Assembly: GCA_039934415.1 (NCBI GenBank) | Contig: JBDTME010000006.1 | Coordinates: 17,206 to 81,205 of the forward strand | Length of the DNA: 64,000 bases | Direction of reading: 5' to 3' | Source: Patescibacteria group bacterium | GTDB lineage: Bacteria; Patescibacteriota; Microgenomatia; UBA1400; PJMF01 | Shown: one piece after another, positions 1 through 10,490 of the stretch | Position numbering within the stretch: position 1 is the stretch's first letter | Layout: the number at the start of each line of letters is the position of its first letter | The notes under the pieces: generated by a model | Told to the model about the DNA's origin: nothing | Database searches by the model: none | Seen by the model: only the letters and a program-made list of their open reading frames with translations | Position numbers and translations under genes: made by a program

Positions 1-1332
1 ATCTTGGAAATTGGCGGCGGCGTCTTTGAAGTCAAATCTACCAATGGCGATACGTTTTTAGGTGGTGATGACTTTGATAATAAAATCATCGACTGGATCA
101 TTGCTGAGTTTAAAAAAGAAAACAATGTTGATCTATCGAAAGATCCTCAAGCACTCCAACGTATTAAAGACGCGGCGGAAAAAGCTAAGATTGAACTATC
201 TGCAGCTGCACAAAGTGAGATCAATCAGCCATTTATCACTCAGGGGAGTGAAGGACCGTTGCATTTAACAATGACCTTAACTCGAGCCAAACTTGAAGAG
301 TTAGTTGATGATCTCGTTCAACGCACACTTGAGCCAGTTAAAAAGGCACTCAAAGATGCCGGTAAGACCGCTAAGGATATCAACGAAGTTGTCTTAGTCG
401 GTGGTATGACTCGTATGCCTAAAGTGCAAGAAGTTGTCAAGAAATTCTTTGACAAAGAACCACACAAAGGCGTCAATCCTGACGAAGTCGTAGCAGTTGG
501 TGCTGCAGTTCAAGCTGGGGTCATCGGTGGAGATGTCAAAGACGTGGTGCTGTTAGACGTTACGCCGCTCACCCTTGGTTTGGAAACACTTGGTGGTGTT
601 CGCACCGCGTTGATCGATCGTAATACGACAGTTCCAACGAGTAAGTCTCAGGTCTTTTCAACCGCTGCCGATAATCAGACACAGGTGGAGATCAATGTCT
701 TGCAAGGTGAGCGTGAGATGGCTGCCGACAATAAATCATTGGGTCGATTTATTCTGGATGGAATTCCGCCAGCACGTCGCGGTATGCCACAAGTCGAAGT
801 TACTTTTGACATCGATTCCAACGGAATTTTAAATGTGACTGCCAAAGATAAAACTTCTGGTAAAGAACAGAAAATTTCAATTCAAAACTCGACCAATCTT
901 TCTGAAGAAGAAGTTGAACGCATGAAAGCCGATGCTGAGCAACACGCTGAAGAAGATAAGTTGAAGAAAGAAACTGTTGAAGCCAGAAACCATGCTTCAC
1001 AAGTTATCTTTGAACTAGAGAAACAACTCAAAGAGTACGGCGACAAAGTCGACAAAGAAACAGTTGAGACCATTCAGAAGAATGTCGATGAACTGAAAAA
1101 ATTGGCTGAAGATCAGTCCAGTACGAAAGAACAGCTCGACAAAGCCACTGAAGAGACGTTGAACTCCGCTCAAAAAATTGGTGAGGCGATGGCCAAAGCC
1201 CAACAGGCCGCCCCATCACCAGAAGGAGCAGAAGCCACTTCACCTAATGAAAGTGCTGACGCCAATGAAGCGGAACCAAAAGAAGAGAAGAAAGACAAAG
1301 GCGATGCCGAAGAAGGCGAAGTCGTGAATTAA
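1..1332 (+). CDS. dnaK: Molecular chaperone DnaK (Hsp70), C-terminal part; 5' end lies outside the window
   Basis: Translation has the Hsp70 substrate-binding domain and lid (DLGGGTFD-like context, [14 protein letters not shown], acidic EEV-type tail). The ORF runs to the window edge. Confidence 0.95.
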   Translation: MLEIGGGVFEVKSTNGDTFLGGDDFDNKIIDWIIAEFKKENNVDLSKDPQALQRIKDAAEKAKIELSAAAQSEINQPFITQGSEGPLHLTMTLTRAKLEELVDDLVQRTLEPVKKALKDAGKTAKDINEVVLVGGMTRMPKVQEVVKKFFDKEPHKGVNPDEVVAVGAAVQAGVIGGDVKDVVLLDVTPLTLGLETLGGVRTALIDRNTTVPTSKSQVFSTAADNQTQVEINVLQGEREMAADNKSLGRFILDGIPPARRGMPQVEVTFDIDSNGILNVTAKDKTSGKEQKISIQNSTNLSEEEVERMKADAEQHAEEDKLKKETVEARNHASQVIFELEKQLKEYGDKVDKETVETIQKNVDELKKLAEDQSSTKEQLDKATEETLNSAQKIGEAMAKAQQAAPSPEGAEATSPNESADANEAEPKEEKKDKGDAEEGEVVN

Positions 1333-1357
1333 AAGAAAAATAATTATTAAATAAAAA

Positions 1358-1387
1358 GGAGCTCAATGAACTGGGCTCCTTTTTTTA
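1358..1387 (+). terminator. Rho-independent terminator after dnaK
   Basis: Hairpin GGAGCTC-N8-GGGCTCC followed by a T7 run. Confidence 0.6.
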
Positions 1388-1428
1388 AACTTCTTACATT
1401 CTTCAGGATTTGTTTGCTATACTCTGTG

Positions 1429-1610
1429 TATTCTTTCGGGGTTTTGTGTAAGTCAAAATCGGCGGTACACTCCGCGAGCTCCATTAGGGGCACGAGTCGG
1501 TGAAACTCCGGCAGCGACCGTATAGTCGGGATAAAAGAAAGAACAGACGAGCCATCTCAAATGGCTTTGTTTGGTATTATTAACACCCCCGAAAAAGAAG
1601 GGGTTTTTTT
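1429..1610 (+). ncRNA. FMN riboswitch (RFN element) with terminator/RBS-sequestering expression platform
   Basis: Conserved RFN blocks are present: UUCGGGG...CGGCGGUA...CCGCGAGC...GGUGAAACUCCGGCAGCGACCGUAUAGUCGGGAU...AGAAAG, with a P1 closing helix UCUUUC/GAAAGA. Two downstream hairpins follow, the second (CCCCC-N9-GGGG-T7) ending 1 nt before the ATG and sequestering the AGAAGGGG RBS. Confidence 0.8.
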
Positions 1611-2525
1611 ATGCAAAAAATGAAAAAATTTGGATCACTGTTCATAGTGATTGCGTCTTTATTGTGGAGTTTTGACGGGATCTTGCGTCGGAGTTTGTAC
1701 TCGTTGCCACCGGCGGTGGTCGTGTTTTACGAACATGTTCTTGGTGCAATTGTGTTGCTGCCGTTTATGTATTCGCATCGAAAAGAAGTGGCTCAAATGA
1801 CTCGCAAAGAGTGGTTAGCGATTGCAGTTGTGGGTCTTTTCTCTGGAGCTTTAGGCACTATTTTTTATACTGCGGCATTGGGCAAAGTGAACTATATTCA
1901 ATTTTCAGTCGTAGTGTTGTTACAACAGCTGCAGCCGATCTGGGCTATTTTGACTGCTTCATTGCTTCTGAAAGAAAAATTGTCGCCCAAATTTTTATTT
2001 TTTGCAGTCTTGGCAATCGTGGGATCGTACTTTGTGACCTTCAAAGATTTACGTGTCGAGATTTCGCCAAATAATGCGACGTTGATCGCTGCTCTATTGG
2101 CGTTGGGAGCGGGAATGATGTGGGCGACTTCCACTTCTTTTTCCAAAATTGTTTTGAACAAAGTTTCATTTATTACGGCTACCTTTTTGCGATTCCTGTT
2201 GGCACCCATTTTTGCATTCATGTTCATCGTGGTTTTCAATCAAACAGGTGCGTTGACCCAAATTAATACGAGTCAATGGATGACATTGATCACGATCATG
2301 CTTTCAACTGGCATGGTGGCGTTACTCATTTATTATTATGGTCTTAAAAAAACACCCGCGCGGGTCAGTGCAATTTGCGAGTTGGTCTGGCCAATTTCTG
2401 CTATTTTTCTCGATTATTTTTATTTTAAAAACGGATTATCGTTTACTCAGATGATTGGGGTAGCGGTAGTGTTGTTCTCAATTTATAAAATTTCAACGCA
2501 AAAGGAACAGCATGAAATGGTATAG
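1611..2525 (+). CDS. DMT-superfamily (EamA-like) 10-TM transporter; putative riboflavin importer (ImpX/RibN-like)
   Basis: 304 aa, about 10 hydrophobic helices with a duplicated EamA-like architecture. It lies directly under FMN riboswitch control and overlaps the downstream riboflavin kinase gene. Confidence 0.5.
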   Translation: MQKMKKFGSLFIVIASLLWSFDGILRRSLYSLPPAVVVFYEHVLGAIVLLPFMYSHRKEVAQMTRKEWLAIAVVGLFSGALGTIFYTAALGKVNYIQFSVVVLLQQLQPIWAILTASLLLKEKLSPKFLFFAVLAIVGSYFVTFKDLRVEISPNNATLIAALLALGAGMMWATSTSFSKIVLNKVSFITATFLRFLLAPIFAFMFIVVFNQTGALTQINTSQWMTLITIMLSTGMVALLIYYYGLKKTPARVSAICELVWPISAIFLDYFYFKNGLSFTQMIGVAVVLFSIYKISTQKEQHEMV

Positions 2526-2889
2526 CGGGAGTGTTTTACGAGGCAAGCAAGATGGCAGAACGATTGGATTTCCGACTGTTAACTTGGACCCGTCAATTTT
2601 GAATGAAGACATTTCTGAAATCCAGCCAGGTATTTACGCTTCTCAAGTAAGAGTTCATGATGAAGTATGTTTAGGTGCTTTATACATCGGTCCACGATTA
2701 GTAAAAAATGAGACGCATACCGTGCTAGAAATTTTTATCCTTGACTTTGATCAAGAGATTTACGATGAATCGATTGAGTTTACTGTGGAAAAGTTTATTC
2801 GTGGAGTTGAGAATTTCACATCAATGGATGAGATGATGATTCGAATCAAGCAGGATGTGAAGGAAGTGAGGGAGTTTTTTAAAGCTTGA
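2512..2889 (+). CDS. ribF: Monofunctional riboflavin kinase (flavokinase domain only)
   Basis: 125 aa with the GRTIGFPTVNL motif typical of the RibF C-terminal flavokinase domain. No FAD synthetase domain. Overlaps the transporter gene. Confidence 0.85.
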   Translation: MKWYSGSVLRGKQDGRTIGFPTVNLDPSILNEDISEIQPGIYASQVRVHDEVCLGALYIGPRLVKNETHTVLEIFILDFDQEIYDESIEFTVEKFIRGVENFTSMDEMMIRIKQDVKEVREFFKA

Positions 2890-2984
2890 CGTCTCTTATA
2901 TTGTAGTAAGAACAATAAAATTACCGCATAAAATCCGAATCTTTGTGATATAAATAAGTTAGTATTTTTCTCATAGGAGCAGCC

Positions 2985-3803
2985 ATGGGAGACAGAGTTT
3001 TATCCAAATTAGAGCTTACTGATTTTGAATCAATTAAAAGAATTGATGAGGAAGATAATGAATACTGGTTTGCACGAGAACTGATGCCACTGCTCGAGTA
3101 TACGAAGTGGCAGAATTTCCATGAAACGGTTATTCAAAATGCAATTGAATCGTGTAAAAAATCTGGTCAATCAGTCCAAAACCATTTTACTGACATCAGT
3201 AAAATGGTTGATATAGGTTCCAACACTCAGAGGTCGCAACTTGATTACAAACTTTCTCGCTATGCTTGTTATTTAATTGCTCAAAATGGTGATCCACGGA
3301 AAAAGGCAATTGCGTTAGCTCAGACTTATTTTGCGATACAAGCTCGGAGGCAAGAACTTCTTGAAAAATTGAGTGAAGATGAAAAAAGACTTTTCATTCG
3401 CAATGAAGTTACTGTCCAGAATAAACAATTGTTTAACACCGCCAAAAAAGCTGGGGTCAAAAATTTTGCACACTTTAATGAGGCTGGTTATCAAGGACTT
3501 TATGGTATGACTTCAGAAAAAGTCAAAGAGAAGAAACAGATAGGGAAAGATCGTATCATTGATCGGGCAGGGGCGACTGAATTAGCAGCAAATCTATTTC
3601 GAATAACTCAAACTGATGAGAAAATAAATAGAGAGAATACGAATGGAGAAGGAAAAGCCACATTTGCACATCGTTTTGTTGGGAGGCAGGTTCGAGATAC
3701 GATGAAAAAAATTAGTGGAGTTTATCCAGAAGATCTTCCCTCAGAACAACATATTAAAAAAATAAATCCTGGTCAACAAGATCTTCTGAACGACCCAGAC
3801 TAG
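2985..3803 (+). CDS. dinD: DNA damage-inducible protein D family (DinD-like)
   Basis: 272 aa. Blocks WFxARELxPLLxYxxWxNF, LSRYACYL(I/V)xQNGDP, QTYFAIQxRRQEL, EDEKRLFxRNE and TELAANLFRxTQT match the DinD family as I recall it. Confidence 0.65.
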   Translation: MGDRVLSKLELTDFESIKRIDEEDNEYWFARELMPLLEYTKWQNFHETVIQNAIESCKKSGQSVQNHFTDISKMVDIGSNTQRSQLDYKLSRYACYLIAQNGDPRKKAIALAQTYFAIQARRQELLEKLSEDEKRLFIRNEVTVQNKQLFNTAKKAGVKNFAHFNEAGYQGLYGMTSEKVKEKKQIGKDRIIDRAGATELAANLFRITQTDEKINRENTNGEGKATFAHRFVGRQVRDTMKKISGVYPEDLPSEQHIKKINPGQQDLLNDPD

Positions 3804-3888
3804 AGGAAGTAAGCTAAGTAATTTTACTTAAACCACTCTTCTTTTTCCCCTTTCAAATTTAGCACTATTTTTGATATACTGCTAGATC

Positions 3889-4770
3889 ATGGCTTCCAAA
3901 CGTGATTACTATGAAATTTTAGGTGTAGATAAAAAGGCTTCAGAGGCTGATATTAAGGCTGCCTATCGGAAGATGGCTCTGAAGTGGCATCCAGATCGCA
4001 ATGCAGATAATAAGAAGGGTGCCGAGGAAAAATTTAAAGAGATTAACGAAGCCTACCAAGTTCTCTCAGATAAACAGAAAAAGCAGTCATACGACCAGTT
4101 TGGCCACGCTGCCTTTGAGAATGGTGGTGGAGGAGGAGCGGCTGGGAATCCATTTGCTGGCGGTTTCCGGACGGGTCCGTTTCAGTGGTCGTATCAATCA
4201 AGTAGTGACGGAAATCCTTTTGAAGGTTTTGGTGGTGATGCAGGTTTTGGCGATCCTTTTGACATCTTCGAGCAATTCTTTGGTGGAAGTGCGGGAGGAT
4301 TTAACCGACAACGCAAACCTCGATACTCACTTCGTATAGAGTTCATGGAAGCAGTTAAAGGTGTTGAAAAAACGGTGGTAATTCAGGGTAAAGAACATAA
4401 GATTAAAATCCCAGCTGGAGCTTCAGAAGGGGTCCGGATTCAGTTTGATGATTTTGAAGTGACGATTGATGTCAAACCTGATGCCCGATTCACTCGAGAA
4501 GGCAATGATTTATTTATTGAAGAGGACGTGCCTTTAGTTACTGCCATCATCGGTGGTGAGATTGAGGTTCCCACTGTCAATAATCCTATCAAAATGAAGG
4601 TCAAAGCGGGTACCCAACCGAACTCATTAGTTCGCTTGCGCGGCGAAGGAGTTCCTCATCTTCGAGGTCATGGCAAAGGTGACCTCTACATTCGTCTCAA
4701 AGTCAAAATTCCCGAGCGTCTAACCGGTCGCCAACGAGAATTACTTCGCCAGTTTGACCAAGCATCCTGA
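3889..4770 (+). CDS. J-domain co-chaperone (DnaJ/CbpA-like, no Zn-finger domain)
   Basis: N-terminal J domain (DYYEILGV...HPDRN), a G/F-rich linker and C-terminal substrate-binding domains. CxxCxGxG repeats are absent. Confidence 0.85.
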   Translation: MASKRDYYEILGVDKKASEADIKAAYRKMALKWHPDRNADNKKGAEEKFKEINEAYQVLSDKQKKQSYDQFGHAAFENGGGGGAAGNPFAGGFRTGPFQWSYQSSSDGNPFEGFGGDAGFGDPFDIFEQFFGGSAGGFNRQRKPRYSLRIEFMEAVKGVEKTVVIQGKEHKIKIPAGASEGVRIQFDDFEVTIDVKPDARFTREGNDLFIEEDVPLVTAIIGGEIEVPTVNNPIKMKVKAGTQPNSLVRLRGEGVPHLRGHGKGDLYIRLKVKIPERLTGRQRELLRQFDQAS

Positions 4771-4815
4771 GAGTGGTAGAATACAGCCTATAATTTTTTA
4801 CTATACTAACTGCCC

Positions 4816-5088
4816 ATGCCTGCCGAATCTTGTCCTCATTTAGTACCCCCCAATCTAAGTAACATTGAAAAAAGAATGCATGAGTTGCAAAAGGCGTTTA
4901 ACGACGGTCAGCTGTTGGAGTATCTTTTAAACTTCACTAAATTTCATCGTTCTCTTGAGGTGTACCTACTCAGAGATGAAGTAAAAAAAAGAATTAAGAA
5001 TATTCGAGCAGAAGAACTCACTGAATTAATGGTAGAAATCTCAAAACTAATGAATGAAGAAGCTGCTTCAGATCGCAATATTCAATAA
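4816..5088 (+). CDS. Hypothetical protein (90 aa)
   Basis: ORF only; no recognisable motif. Confidence 0.3.
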   Translation: MPAESCPHLVPPNLSNIEKRMHELQKAFNDGQLLEYLLNFTKFHRSLEVYLLRDEVKKRIKNIRAEELTELMVEISKLMNEEAASDRNIQ

Positions 5089-5091
5089 AGT

Positions 5092-5745
5092 CTACTGCGT
5101 TTGGTCGGTGTCCACTTGAGGGGTTTCTGGATTAATCGCAGTATTTTGTTGATTCTCCAAATGTTGAGTGAGTCTTACAATACCAGAGGTTTCAATAGCT
5201 TTTTTGCGCTTCTTAATCTGTTCAGTGTCAAAATCCGGGTCAGCGTCATGTTTTATTTCATCAACAATTCTTTGCACACGAACCAACTCCGTAGGATTGA
5301 GTGCATCGAAACTTTTTTTCATTACGCCCTGTGCAACCCGTTCTAACAATGCGTCCGTCTGGTTTTTAGCATTAAACAAATCAAGTAAAGTCTGAGTACC
5401 TTCATCTACTTGTGGAACTTTGTTGACTTGTTTATCAGTTTCTACGATTGGATTTGGTTCAGTAGGTGATTCACTAGTGCTTGTAGCAGTACTAATAGGA
5501 ATATTCTCCTGGTTTGCTCTTGCGATTGCATTATCGACAATGGCGTTATATTCCTCAATTAAAGCGCTGACTGGTTTTTTTTCAGGCACGTCTGCTTTAC
5601 CTTCTTTTGCTCTTTGCGCTGCATTTAGATCTCTTGCTTTCATGACTTGTTCGTCAATAGCAATATCAAAACGTGTTCTGAGATTAGTCTTTTTGTCTTG
5701 GGTTACTCCATTATTAACTGGAGTTTCTAGGGTGGTTGTTGCCAT
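5092..5745 (-). CDS. Hypothetical protein, low-complexity and acidic (217 aa)
   Basis: ORF only; T/S/Q/E-rich with no motif. Confidence 0.3.
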   Translation of the reverse strand: MATTTLETPVNNGVTQDKKTNLRTRFDIAIDEQVMKARDLNAAQRAKEGKADVPEKKPVSALIEEYNAIVDNAIARANQENIPISTATSTSESPTEPNPIVETDKQVNKVPQVDEGTQTLLDLFNAKNQTDALLERVAQGVMKKSFDALNPTELVRVQRIVDEIKHDADPDFDTEQIKKRKKAIETSGIVRLTQHLENQQNTAINPETPQVDTDQTQ

Positions 5746-5995
5746 ATGTCCCCAATATAGGAGTAGTTGCGCAGATTGTCAATGCAATGGCGCTTAGCAT
5801 GGTCTTTTGCCTTGATCTTTTGACGGATCTTGCTATAATGTATCTGGTAGATGAAGAGGTGGGGTGACCCATCTTTTTTTATAGTTATTTAAAATTTGAT
5901 CTTGTTTATTCTGGCTCATCACATTCGCCAGAGATTCACGATCTGACTTGATCGATTTGAAAAGTATCTCAATCGAGTCAACCATCCGGAGTCGT

Positions 5996-7285
5996 ATGCC
6001 AAAAACTAAGAAACAAATCCAACAGCAGATGGTTCGCACTGAGTTCGCCGCTGCTATTAGTCAGATTGCCAAAGAGCGCAAGATCGAGCCAGAGAAAATC
6101 GTGAGTTCGATTGAAGAGGCGTTGGTTGCTGCGTATCGCAAAGATCAAAATATCATTGTTGAGAGAGACGAAGAAGGCAATGAACTGTATCCAAAGCACA
6201 CTGCCAAAGTTGATCAAAATTCTGGTGAATCTAGAATCTTCTTGATGGATAGTGAAAGTGCCGAACCAAAGGATGTAACTCCTCCAGGTTTTGGTCGTAT
6301 TGCAGCTCAAACTGCCAAACAAGTCATTCTCCAAAAAATTCGAGAAGCTGAAAAAGATTCAATCATTCAAGATTACTCAGGTCGTTTGGGTGAGATCGTT
6401 TCTGGTATGGTGCTGCGCATGGACGGCAAGAATGTCATCATCGACATCGGTCGTGGTCAAGGTGTCATGCCTCCTGAAGAACAGATGCGTGGTGAGTTCT
6501 ATAAGATGAATAGTCGAATCACTGTTTTTATTAAAGATATTCGAGAGACGTACAAAGGCCAGGCCATTATCGTTTCTCGCAGTGACAAGCAAGTTGTTTC
6601 CAAATTATTTGAGCGCGAAGTTCCAGAAGTAGCTTCTGGTGTGGTCAAAGTCAAAGCCGTTGCTCGTGAGGCGGGTGTTCGTTCCAAAATTGCCGTGTTC
6701 ACTGATCAATCAGGTGTTGATCCAGTTGGTGCATGTGTCGGTCAAAAAGGCGTTCGTGTCCAAGAAGTCATCAAAGAGTTAAATAACGAAAAAGTTGACA
6801 TCATCCCTTATTCCGAAGATATTAAAATGTACTTGGCCGCTGCCTTAGCACCAGCCGAGAGTCTTTCGATTGATTGGAATGAAGCTGAAAAAACCGCTGT
6901 CGTAACTGCTCCAGATGACCAACTCTCTTTAGCGATTGGTCGAGGTGGCCAAAATGTTCGATTAGCTGCGAAATTAACTGGGTATAAAATTTCTATCAAA
7001 TCCAAATCAGGTGAAGAAAAAGTGAACGTTACTGGTCAAGAAGAGTATGAAATTGACCAACAAATTGATGGCATTACCCCTGAAGTTCGGGCAGTATTGA
7101 TCCAAAATCGCTTGACGACTCTAGAGGATTTGCGCTACCGTAAGGAGAAGTGGATGCTTTTTGATCAAATTCCAGAAGATCAGAAAGAATTATTGAGCAA
7201 CGCAGTTGAAAAATACGAAGGTGAACTTGTGAAACGCGAAAGTGAGCGAGCAGCAGCCGCTGTAGTCGAGCCAAAAGCAGAGTAA
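5996..7285 (+). CDS. nusA: Transcription termination/antitermination factor NusA
   Basis: N-terminal RNAP-binding domain, S1 domain and two KH domains (GxGG, IGRGGQNVRLA). Start chosen at MPKTKK, with GGAG 7 nt upstream. Confidence 0.95.
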   Translation: MPKTKKQIQQQMVRTEFAAAISQIAKERKIEPEKIVSSIEEALVAAYRKDQNIIVERDEEGNELYPKHTAKVDQNSGESRIFLMDSESAEPKDVTPPGFGRIAAQTAKQVILQKIREAEKDSIIQDYSGRLGEIVSGMVLRMDGKNVIIDIGRGQGVMPPEEQMRGEFYKMNSRITVFIKDIRETYKGQAIIVSRSDKQVVSKLFEREVPEVASGVVKVKAVAREAGVRSKIAVFTDQSGVDPVGACVGQKGVRVQEVIKELNNEKVDIIPYSEDIKMYLAAALAPAESLSIDWNEAEKTAVVTAPDDQLSLAIGRGGQNVRLAAKLTGYKISIKSKSGEEKVNVTGQEEYEIDQQIDGITPEVRAVLIQNRLTTLEDLRYRKEKWMLFDQIPEDQKELLSNAVEKYEGELVKRESERAAAAVVEPKAE

Positions 7286-7319
7286 AAACTGTACACGTTT
7301 TCAATTTAGAAAATACATT

Positions 7320-8756
7320 ATGTCATTACAATCTCGACCACCAGTCGTTACCATCATGGGGCATGTCGATCACGGCAAGACCTCTTTGTTGGATTACATC
7401 CGCAAGACGAAAGTCGCTGCAGGTGAGGCCGGTGGAATCACACAGCACGTTGGTGCGTATCAAGCCGAGCACAAAGGCAAGAAAATCACTTTTATCGATA
7501 CCCCAGGTCATGCCGCGTTTTCTAAAATGCGTTCTCGTGGAGCAGCCGTTACCGATATCGTAATCTTGGTTGTTGCAGCTGATGATGGCGTCAAACCACA
7601 AACAGTCGAGTCAATTCAACATATCCAAGCAGCCAATGTGCCAGTTATAGTGGCTATTACTAAAGTTGATTTACCTACTGCCTCAGCTGAGATGGTCAAA
7701 GCCCAACTCACTGAACATGGGATTAGCGTCAATGGGTATGGTGGTGACGTCGACGCAGTTGAGATTAGTGTCAAAACTGGTAAAGGAGTTGACGATTTAC
7801 TGGAAACCATTCAAGTTATGGCTGAGTTAAATGAGATTACAGCCGATCCCGCAGCGCCACTCAATGCCATTGTGATCGAGTCAGTTCGCGATGCAGCGTC
7901 TGGTGCTCAAGCCACAGTGTTAGTTAAAGAAGGCACCTTGAATGCTCGTGATATGGTTTATACCTTAACAGCATCAGGCAAAGTGAAACGCATGACTGAC
8001 GCACTTGGTAAAACAATCAGTTCAGCCACGCCTTCAATGCCTGCCGTTATTTTAGGTTTTGAATCGACACCGATGGTGGGTGAAGTCGTAACGACGACTC
8101 CCTCGACTGAAGTTGCTGAAGACATTGCAGTCCCTACCGATAATTTTTCACTCGAAAGTATTTTGAATCAAAATAATCCTAAGTTAAATTTGATCATAAA
8201 GTCCGATACTGTTGGTACTTTACAAGCACTTCAACAACAGCTGACTGAAGAGGTCTTGCTCGTTTCCAGTGGAGTAGGGGCGATTACTGAAACAGACGTG
8301 TTGTTAGCTGAAACCACTCACTCTCAGATCATGGGTTTCAATGTTAAATATACAAAGACTTTACAGAAACTAGCGGAAGAACGCGACGTTCGAGTCAAAG
8401 TATTCAAAATCATTTACGAATTGCTCGAAAATTTACAGAAACAGGTGTTGAAAATCATGGAGCCTACGATTGATGAAGAAGTTGTAGGTGAAGCAACTAT
8501 TAGTCAGATTTTTGATATGAAAGGTGAACGTATCGCTGGAGTAAAAATCACTAAAGGCAAAATCAAGAAAACCGACCTCGTCCATCTGAAACGCGCTGAT
8601 ATCATCATCGCTGATCCAAAAATAAAAACCATGCAGCACGGCAAAGACCAGATCGAAAAAGCCGAAGTCGGTGAAGAGTGCGGAATCGTCTTTACTCGCT
8701 TTTCAAATCTCCAAGTTGGCGACGTAGTCTCCGCCTACATCAAAAAAGACGACTAA
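7320..8756 (+). CDS. infB: Translation initiation factor IF-2 (short form, G domain to C2)
   Basis: RPPVVTIMGHVDHGKTSLLD and DTPGH GTPase motifs plus a C-terminal beta-barrel. Only 478 aa, so the N-terminal extension is absent. Confidence 0.95.
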   Translation: MSLQSRPPVVTIMGHVDHGKTSLLDYIRKTKVAAGEAGGITQHVGAYQAEHKGKKITFIDTPGHAAFSKMRSRGAAVTDIVILVVAADDGVKPQTVESIQHIQAANVPVIVAITKVDLPTASAEMVKAQLTEHGISVNGYGGDVDAVEISVKTGKGVDDLLETIQVMAELNEITADPAAPLNAIVIESVRDAASGAQATVLVKEGTLNARDMVYTLTASGKVKRMTDALGKTISSATPSMPAVILGFESTPMVGEVVTTTPSTEVAEDIAVPTDNFSLESILNQNNPKLNLIIKSDTVGTLQALQQQLTEEVLLVSSGVGAITETDVLLAETTHSQIMGFNVKYTKTLQKLAEERDVRVKVFKIIYELLENLQKQVLKIMEPTIDEEVVGEATISQIFDMKGERIAGVKITKGKIKKTDLVHLKRADIIIADPKIKTMQHGKDQIEKAEVGEECGIVFTRFSNLQVGDVVSAYIKKDD

Positions 8757-8822
8757 GTTTTCCGACTACATCAACCTTCAGCCCTTCCTCTTGCATTTTC
8801 GCTGATTGATCAGTACACTTTT

Positions 8823-8857
8823 GATTATCTTGATAGACTTTTAAAATCAAGATAATC
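8823..8857. promoter_or_regulatory. Perfect 12-bp inverted repeat GATTATCTTGAT-N11-ATCAAGATAATC
   Basis: Seen directly in the infB-to-downstream intergenic region. No T-run follows, so it looks more like an operator or processing site than a terminator. Confidence 0.35.
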
Positions 8858-8925
8858 AGTTCGCGAGGATCAAGTGAATGTCATGAACTTGACCAAGTCG
8901 AACAATAACTAATTAAGGTACTTTA

Positions 8926-9792
8926 ATGTTTTCAGCCGAAGATCAAGCGTCACTTCAAAAAACTTTACAAACTGCTCAATCTTATCTTATTATTCTTCGT
9001 TCCAATCCTTCTTTTGATCAAGCCGCAGCGGCGTTTGCTTTGACCACGTTGCTTCAGTCAGCCAAAAAACAGTGTCATTTGGCTTGCGAAAGAAAGTTGC
9101 CAGATGCATTTAATACATTGTCCGGTTTTGATTTGGTAAATGAAAACGTTGGTAATCAGAGTTTGGATATTACGTTTGATTACAATGAAGATATGGTCGA
9201 GAACGTCAGTTACAACATCGACCAGGCAACGCAAAAATTTCATTTGATCGTCAAACCCAAGCGAGGCCACCATGGCCTTGATCCCACGACAGTAGAGTAT
9301 TCTCAAGTTGGCATCGACGCAGATGCCATTTTTTTAATTGGAGTTTCGTCCTTTGACCAGATTAAGAACTTTTACGAACAAGATGAAACAGCTTTTACTC
9401 AAGCCCATACCATTGCGGTAAATCGTCAAGTCACTACCTATGCCCAAACCAACGTCGATACCTCCGAATATACTTCCAATTCTGAGTGGCTCATCACTCT
9501 AGTTGGCTTGTGGCAACTCCCACTAACCTCGGAATTGGCTACCAATATTTTGGCTGGCATCGAGTCTGCCACTGATTCATTCCGTCAGGCTTCTGTCACT
9601 GCCGACACCTTTCAAATCGTCGCTGATCTGATGCGAGCTGGTGCACATCGTTTGAAACTTGCACCAACGCAACAATCATCCACCTCGAGTTTAGCGGCAG
9701 CGTTTGCCAAAAAACCCAATACCTCAGTCATCTCACAATCGGTCAAATCTCAGGTACAAATGCCGTCCCAGTACAACCCTCCAACTCGTTAA
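8926..9792 (+). CDS. DHH-family phosphoesterase-like protein (NrnA-like, catalytic motifs degenerate)
   Basis: Size, position downstream of infB (as in actinobacterial infB-rbfA-nrnA) and overall architecture resemble NrnA. The DHH and GGGH motifs are not conserved (IILRSNPSFDQAAAAF in place of HxNPDGDAxGS). Confidence 0.4.
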   Translation: MFSAEDQASLQKTLQTAQSYLIILRSNPSFDQAAAAFALTTLLQSAKKQCHLACERKLPDAFNTLSGFDLVNENVGNQSLDITFDYNEDMVENVSYNIDQATQKFHLIVKPKRGHHGLDPTTVEYSQVGIDADAIFLIGVSSFDQIKNFYEQDETAFTQAHTIAVNRQVTTYAQTNVDTSEYTSNSEWLITLVGLWQLPLTSELATNILAGIESATDSFRQASVTADTFQIVADLMRAGAHRLKLAPTQQSSTSSLAAAFAKKPNTSVISQSVKSQVQMPSQYNPPTR

Positions 9793-9916
9793 GTTGGCCT
9801 ATTGGCCTTTTCCCAGACTATCTGATATAATTCGATCATCTTTTATAAAGTACTTTGCCAAGAGGGTTTAATACTCTCTGGCTAAGGGGCCTCCACTAAA
9901 GGTGGAGTGAACATAT

Positions 9917-10186
9917 ATGGCACTCGATACAACGGTTAAACAAACAATCATCAAACAGTTTGCTCAAGGTGATGGCGACACAGGTTCTCCAGAAGTGCAA
10001 GTCGCGCTTTTAACCCACTCGATCAACGACCTCACTGATCATCTCAAAAAACACAAAAAAGACAATCACTCCCGCAAAGGTCTCTTAAAACAGGTAGCTA
10101 AACGCCGCAGATTACTTAATTTCTTAAAGCGCAAAGATGACAAACGCTTTGAAAAATTGATTGCAGAGCTTAAGATTAAAGGGTAA
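9917..10186 (+). CDS. rpsO: 30S ribosomal protein S15
   Basis: 89 aa; family match on [44 protein letters not shown]. Confidence 0.95.
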   Translation: MALDTTVKQTIIKQFAQGDGDTGSPEVQVALLTHSINDLTDHLKKHKKDNHSRKGLLKQVAKRRRLLNFLKRKDDKRFEKLIAELKIKG

Positions 10187-10490
10187 TAATTACTTATCTA
10201 TAAGAGTGCTATACCACTACTTTTGATAAAGATCCCAACCAACCTGGAACAACGTTAGAATACACCAACTTAAAAGGTGATAAGGTTGATTACTACTTGA
10301 GTAAATATTCTCTAACAGTTCACGGATCTGCTTTTACAGATTGCATGAGTAACAATAAATATATTTAAAAGAAAGGAATGGGGTTATTAAAAATGTTAGT
10401 TTTTCAGGTGTTAGTTTTGAGTCATGAGGCGGAATATTGTTCTAATGATTGAAAACTGATAACTGATAGCTAACTTCCCCAAAAATTTTT

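Noticed and set aside
1811-2239. 87-aa and 113-aa ORFs within or antisense to the transporter gene
   Set aside because: They are embedded in a 10-TM coding region with a consistent hydrophobic periodicity, so these are shadow ORFs.
2890-2984. LexA/SOS box upstream of the dinD-like gene
   Set aside because: No CGAAC-N4-GTTCG or GAAC-N4-GTTC palindrome is present, only an AGAACAATAAAATT half-site-like stretch. SOS control cannot be claimed.
5101-5797. Plus-strand ORFs (81, 75 and 125 aa) opposite the 217-aa minus-strand gene
   Set aside because: All overlap the longer minus-strand ORF and have no RBS or motif. Even the minus-strand gene is only hypothetical, so none was promoted.
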